DNA from: Hemiscyllium ocellatum
Lineage: Eukaryota
Length of the DNA stretch: 64,000 bases
Reading direction: 5' to 3'
Assembly (NCBI RefSeq): GCF_020745735.1
Contig: NC_083424.1
Location: 20,384,999-20,448,998 of the forward strand
Below, one piece after another: positions 60,988-64,000 of this stretch; the first letter of the stretch is position 1, and each line of letters begins with the position of its first letter. The notes beneath the pieces are model-generated. The model saw nothing but the letters and a program-made list of their open reading frames with translations. It was not told the DNA's origin and ran no database searches. The position numbers and the translations under genes were made by a program.

Positions 60988-62620
60988 TAGAACATAGAAA
61001 AGTACAGCATAGAACAGGACATTTGGCCCACGATGTTGTGCTGAGGATTAATCCTAATGTAAAATATAATAACTTAACCTATGCCCCCCTCAACTCACTG
61101 CTATCCATGTGCATGTCCAGCAGTCACTTAAATGTCCCTAATGACTCTGCTTCCGACACCTCTATTGGCAAAGCATTTCATGTATTCACAGCTCTCTGCT
61201 TGAAGAACCTACCTCTGATGTCCCCTTTCTCCTAATATCTTAAAACCAAGACTCCTCATACCGGTCAATCCTGCCCTGGGGAAAAGTCTCTGGCTATTGA
61301 CTTCATCCATGCCTTTCGATACCTTGTTTCCCTCGATTAGGTCACCTCTCTTTCTCCTCCTCCAGGGAGAAAAGTCAGGGCTCAGTCAACCTCTCTTCAT
61401 AAGGCAAGCCCTCCAGACGAGGCAGCATCCTGGTAAACCTTCTTTGCACCCTCTCCAAAGCCTCTATCTTTCCTATAGTAGGGCAATCAGAACTAGACAC
61501 AATATTCCAAGTGTAGTCTCACCAGGGACTTGTAGAGCTGGAGCAAAACTTCGTAGCTTTTAAACACGTTCCCCCTGTTAATGAAATCCAAAATACCATA
61601 TGCGTTCTTAACAATGCTATCCACTTGGGTGGCAACTTTGAGGAATCCCTTTGATCACCAGGATTCCCTCTATTCCTCCACACTGCCAAGAATCCTGTCT
61701 TTAATACTATATTCAGCATTTGAGTTCGACCTTCCAAAATGCATCATTTTGCATTTATCCAGGTTGAACTCCACCTGCCATTTCTCCGCCCAGCTCTGCA
61801 TCATGTCTATATCGCGCTGCAGCCTGCAATAGCCCTCAATATTATCAATGGCACCTTCAATCTTTGTGTCATCTACAAATTTATTAACCTACCCCTCAAC
61901 TTCCTCATCCAATCACTTATAAAAACTACAAAAAGCAGAGGCCTAAGAACAGAGCCCTGTGGGATACCAGTCAACACTGACCTCCAGGCAGAATACTTTC
62001 CATCTACAACCACTCTCTGCCTTCTGTCAGCCAACCAAATCTCCCTGTATCACATGTCTCCTGACTTTATGAATGAGCCTACCATGGGGAACCTTATCAA
62101 GTGCCTTGCTGAAGTCCATATACACCACATGCACTGCTCGAACTTCATTGACCTGTCTTGTCACCTCTTCAAAGAACTCAATAAGATTTGTGAGGCATGA
62201 CCTACCCCTCTCAAAGCCATGCTGACTGCCTTTAATATGCTATGCTTTTCCAAATAGTCACAAATCCTATCCTCCAGAATTCTTTACAAAACCTTACTAA
62301 CCACAGACGTAAGATTGACTAGTCTGTAATTGCCAGGGATTCCCTCCTTGGAAAGAGGAACAACATTTGCCTCCTTCCAATCCTCTGGTATGACTCCTAT
62401 GGTGAGTGAGGGAGCAAAGATCTTCACCAACAGCTTAGCAACCTCCTTTCTCGCTTCCCGGAGCAGCCTAAGAACAATCTGATCTGTCCCTGGGGACGTA
62501 TCAATCTTAATGTTTGGCAATATTTCCAGCACATCAACTTCATCAATCTTGATCTGTAGAAGCCTGTATCCCAACTCCTCAAAGTTCTCATTCACAACAA
62601 GGTCCCTTTCCACAATGAAT
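60988..62620 (-). mobile_element. Decayed CR1 LINE
   Basis: PEDWKEANVVPL..GNYRLVNLTSVVSKVL on the minus strand; (ttctatg)-type tail near 60990. Confidence 0.85.
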
Positions 62621-62981
62621 CATTGTTCTACAAATCAACAGCAACAACAATGCTATCATTCCTATTTCCTATTCAGTGCTGCAGAACCTTTTGAGTCTTT
62701 GCACCCTCTGAGTGCTTAAAAGACAATATTGGTATCCTTCAATTATTTATTAAAATAATGCCTTTTGATTGTTGTTAGTGAAGTTAAAGTCACAAGATAA
62801 GTCATTTTCTGGGGGCCATTTTGAGAGACTGCTTGGGCTGAATTTTACAGCTATTGGCTAAATTTGTGTTGCGTTAAGTAGTTTGGAGAGTTTGCAGCTG
62901 CTGTATCTTACCAAACCACACCCCTATAGCATTTCTGATGTTCTATTCTAACCCTATTTTACCAGGCACTATTCCCAGAGT

Positions 62982-63060
62982 TGAAAATGTGTTGCTGGAA
63001 AAGCACAGCAGGTCAGGCAGCATCTAAGGAGCAGGAAATTCGACATTTTGGGCATAAGCC
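62982..63060 (-). mobile_element. Family A single-arm element truncated inside HHR stem II; 15-bp TSD
   Basis: CACTATTCCCAGAGT at 62967-62981 and 63061-63075. Confidence 0.85.
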
Positions 63061-64000
63061 CACTATTCCCAGAGTAACTCCAAACACATTAGATATCCCA
63101 GAATTCACCAATTCCCATCATGCCACCTTTTAAGAATCTTTGTACACCCAAACAAGCACGGTCGATGTGGAGTTGCTCTGCATGGTTCCTGATGTTTGCA
63201 CTGAACATAGCAGGCAGGCAAATTGGTGCCCCACTATGCAGCTAGATCCTCGGGGTCCTGCTGAATGGGGTAGTGCAGATGCGGGCTTTCACACCCACAG
63301 CCAACAGCCACAAAGTCAGACTATGGCACCCTGCTCTGAGGTTGGCACTTGGGTTAAAGCACCCTCTGCTGGGCATTCCTCCGCACAGCTCTGTAGGGAG
63401 AAAGGTCAAGGTGCTTCTCACCCTGTCAGTGTAAGTTCCATCAACATCTCTCTGGCACTTCACACTTTATCTCTGCAACTGTACCCACCTCCCACTAAAG
63501 CTCATGCACCACCATTCTCTCTCTATGGTCTTCAGCATCTTCTCCATTCACCCTCACACACCCCATGCCCTAATACCATGAACTATACATGTCCTTACTG
63601 CTGCCTACTCATTCATTCAGAACACCTCCCCATCTGTACTAACAGTAACAGCTGTGACACCCACTTTCTTTTCCCATGTTACCTGCCCCTGGAGGAAAGC
63701 AGCTCCTAATTGGGTGAAACACTCCAAACAGGCATTCATCCTTAACTGGAGAAATTCCAGACTCTGATTATTCTGAGGATTGACTGACCATTTCCAAGTC
63801 AGTGATATGGGAAGCTGTGCTCAACTTGCTGCCTGCAACCCCAACCAAATGAAAGTTACTAGTCCTTATATAAGCACATAATAACAAGGAGCAGGTGTAG
63901 TCGATTCAGTCCCTCAAACCTGCTCCATTATTTAATACGATCATGGCTGATCTCACCTTGGCCTTAAGTCCACTCTTCTGCCCACTCCCCGTAATGCTTT

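Noticed and set aside
63140-63709. 189-aa ORF as a gene
   Set aside because: Non-ATG start, no recognisable domain or splice context; it looks like old repeat-derived sequence.
62836-63762. Harbinger-like non-autonomous DNA transposon
   Set aside because: The putative TIRs (gggctgaattttac versus gagaaattccagac) are too weak to support a call.

Overview
Vertebrate genomic DNA, most likely a shark. This is inferred from HE1-type V-SINEs, HER1/CR1 LINEs and SacSINE1-like Deu-SINEs, recognised by eye. The window holds the complete TFIP11 gene on the + strand (one non-coding exon and 12 phase-consistent coding exons, 830 aa). The first two coding exons of SRRD lie on the - strand, head-to-head with TFIP11 across one CpG island, and the first exon of an unidentified third gene lies at about 45.6-45.9 kb. 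The rest is mostly transposable elements. The most striking signal is a dense set of Penelope-related elements carrying minimal type I hammerhead ribozyme (HHR) motifs in about four sequence families. They include a GIY-YIG-encoding inverted Penelope copy with an intact HHR, about 14 short non-autonomous copies (many folded back, several with 14-16 bp target-site duplications), and a circularly permuted 354-nt monomer resembling a retrozyme. A LINE whose 5' end is a tRNA/Deu SINE head and a possible decayed large exon are also flagged. All calls were made by manual reading; no searches or folding programs were run.
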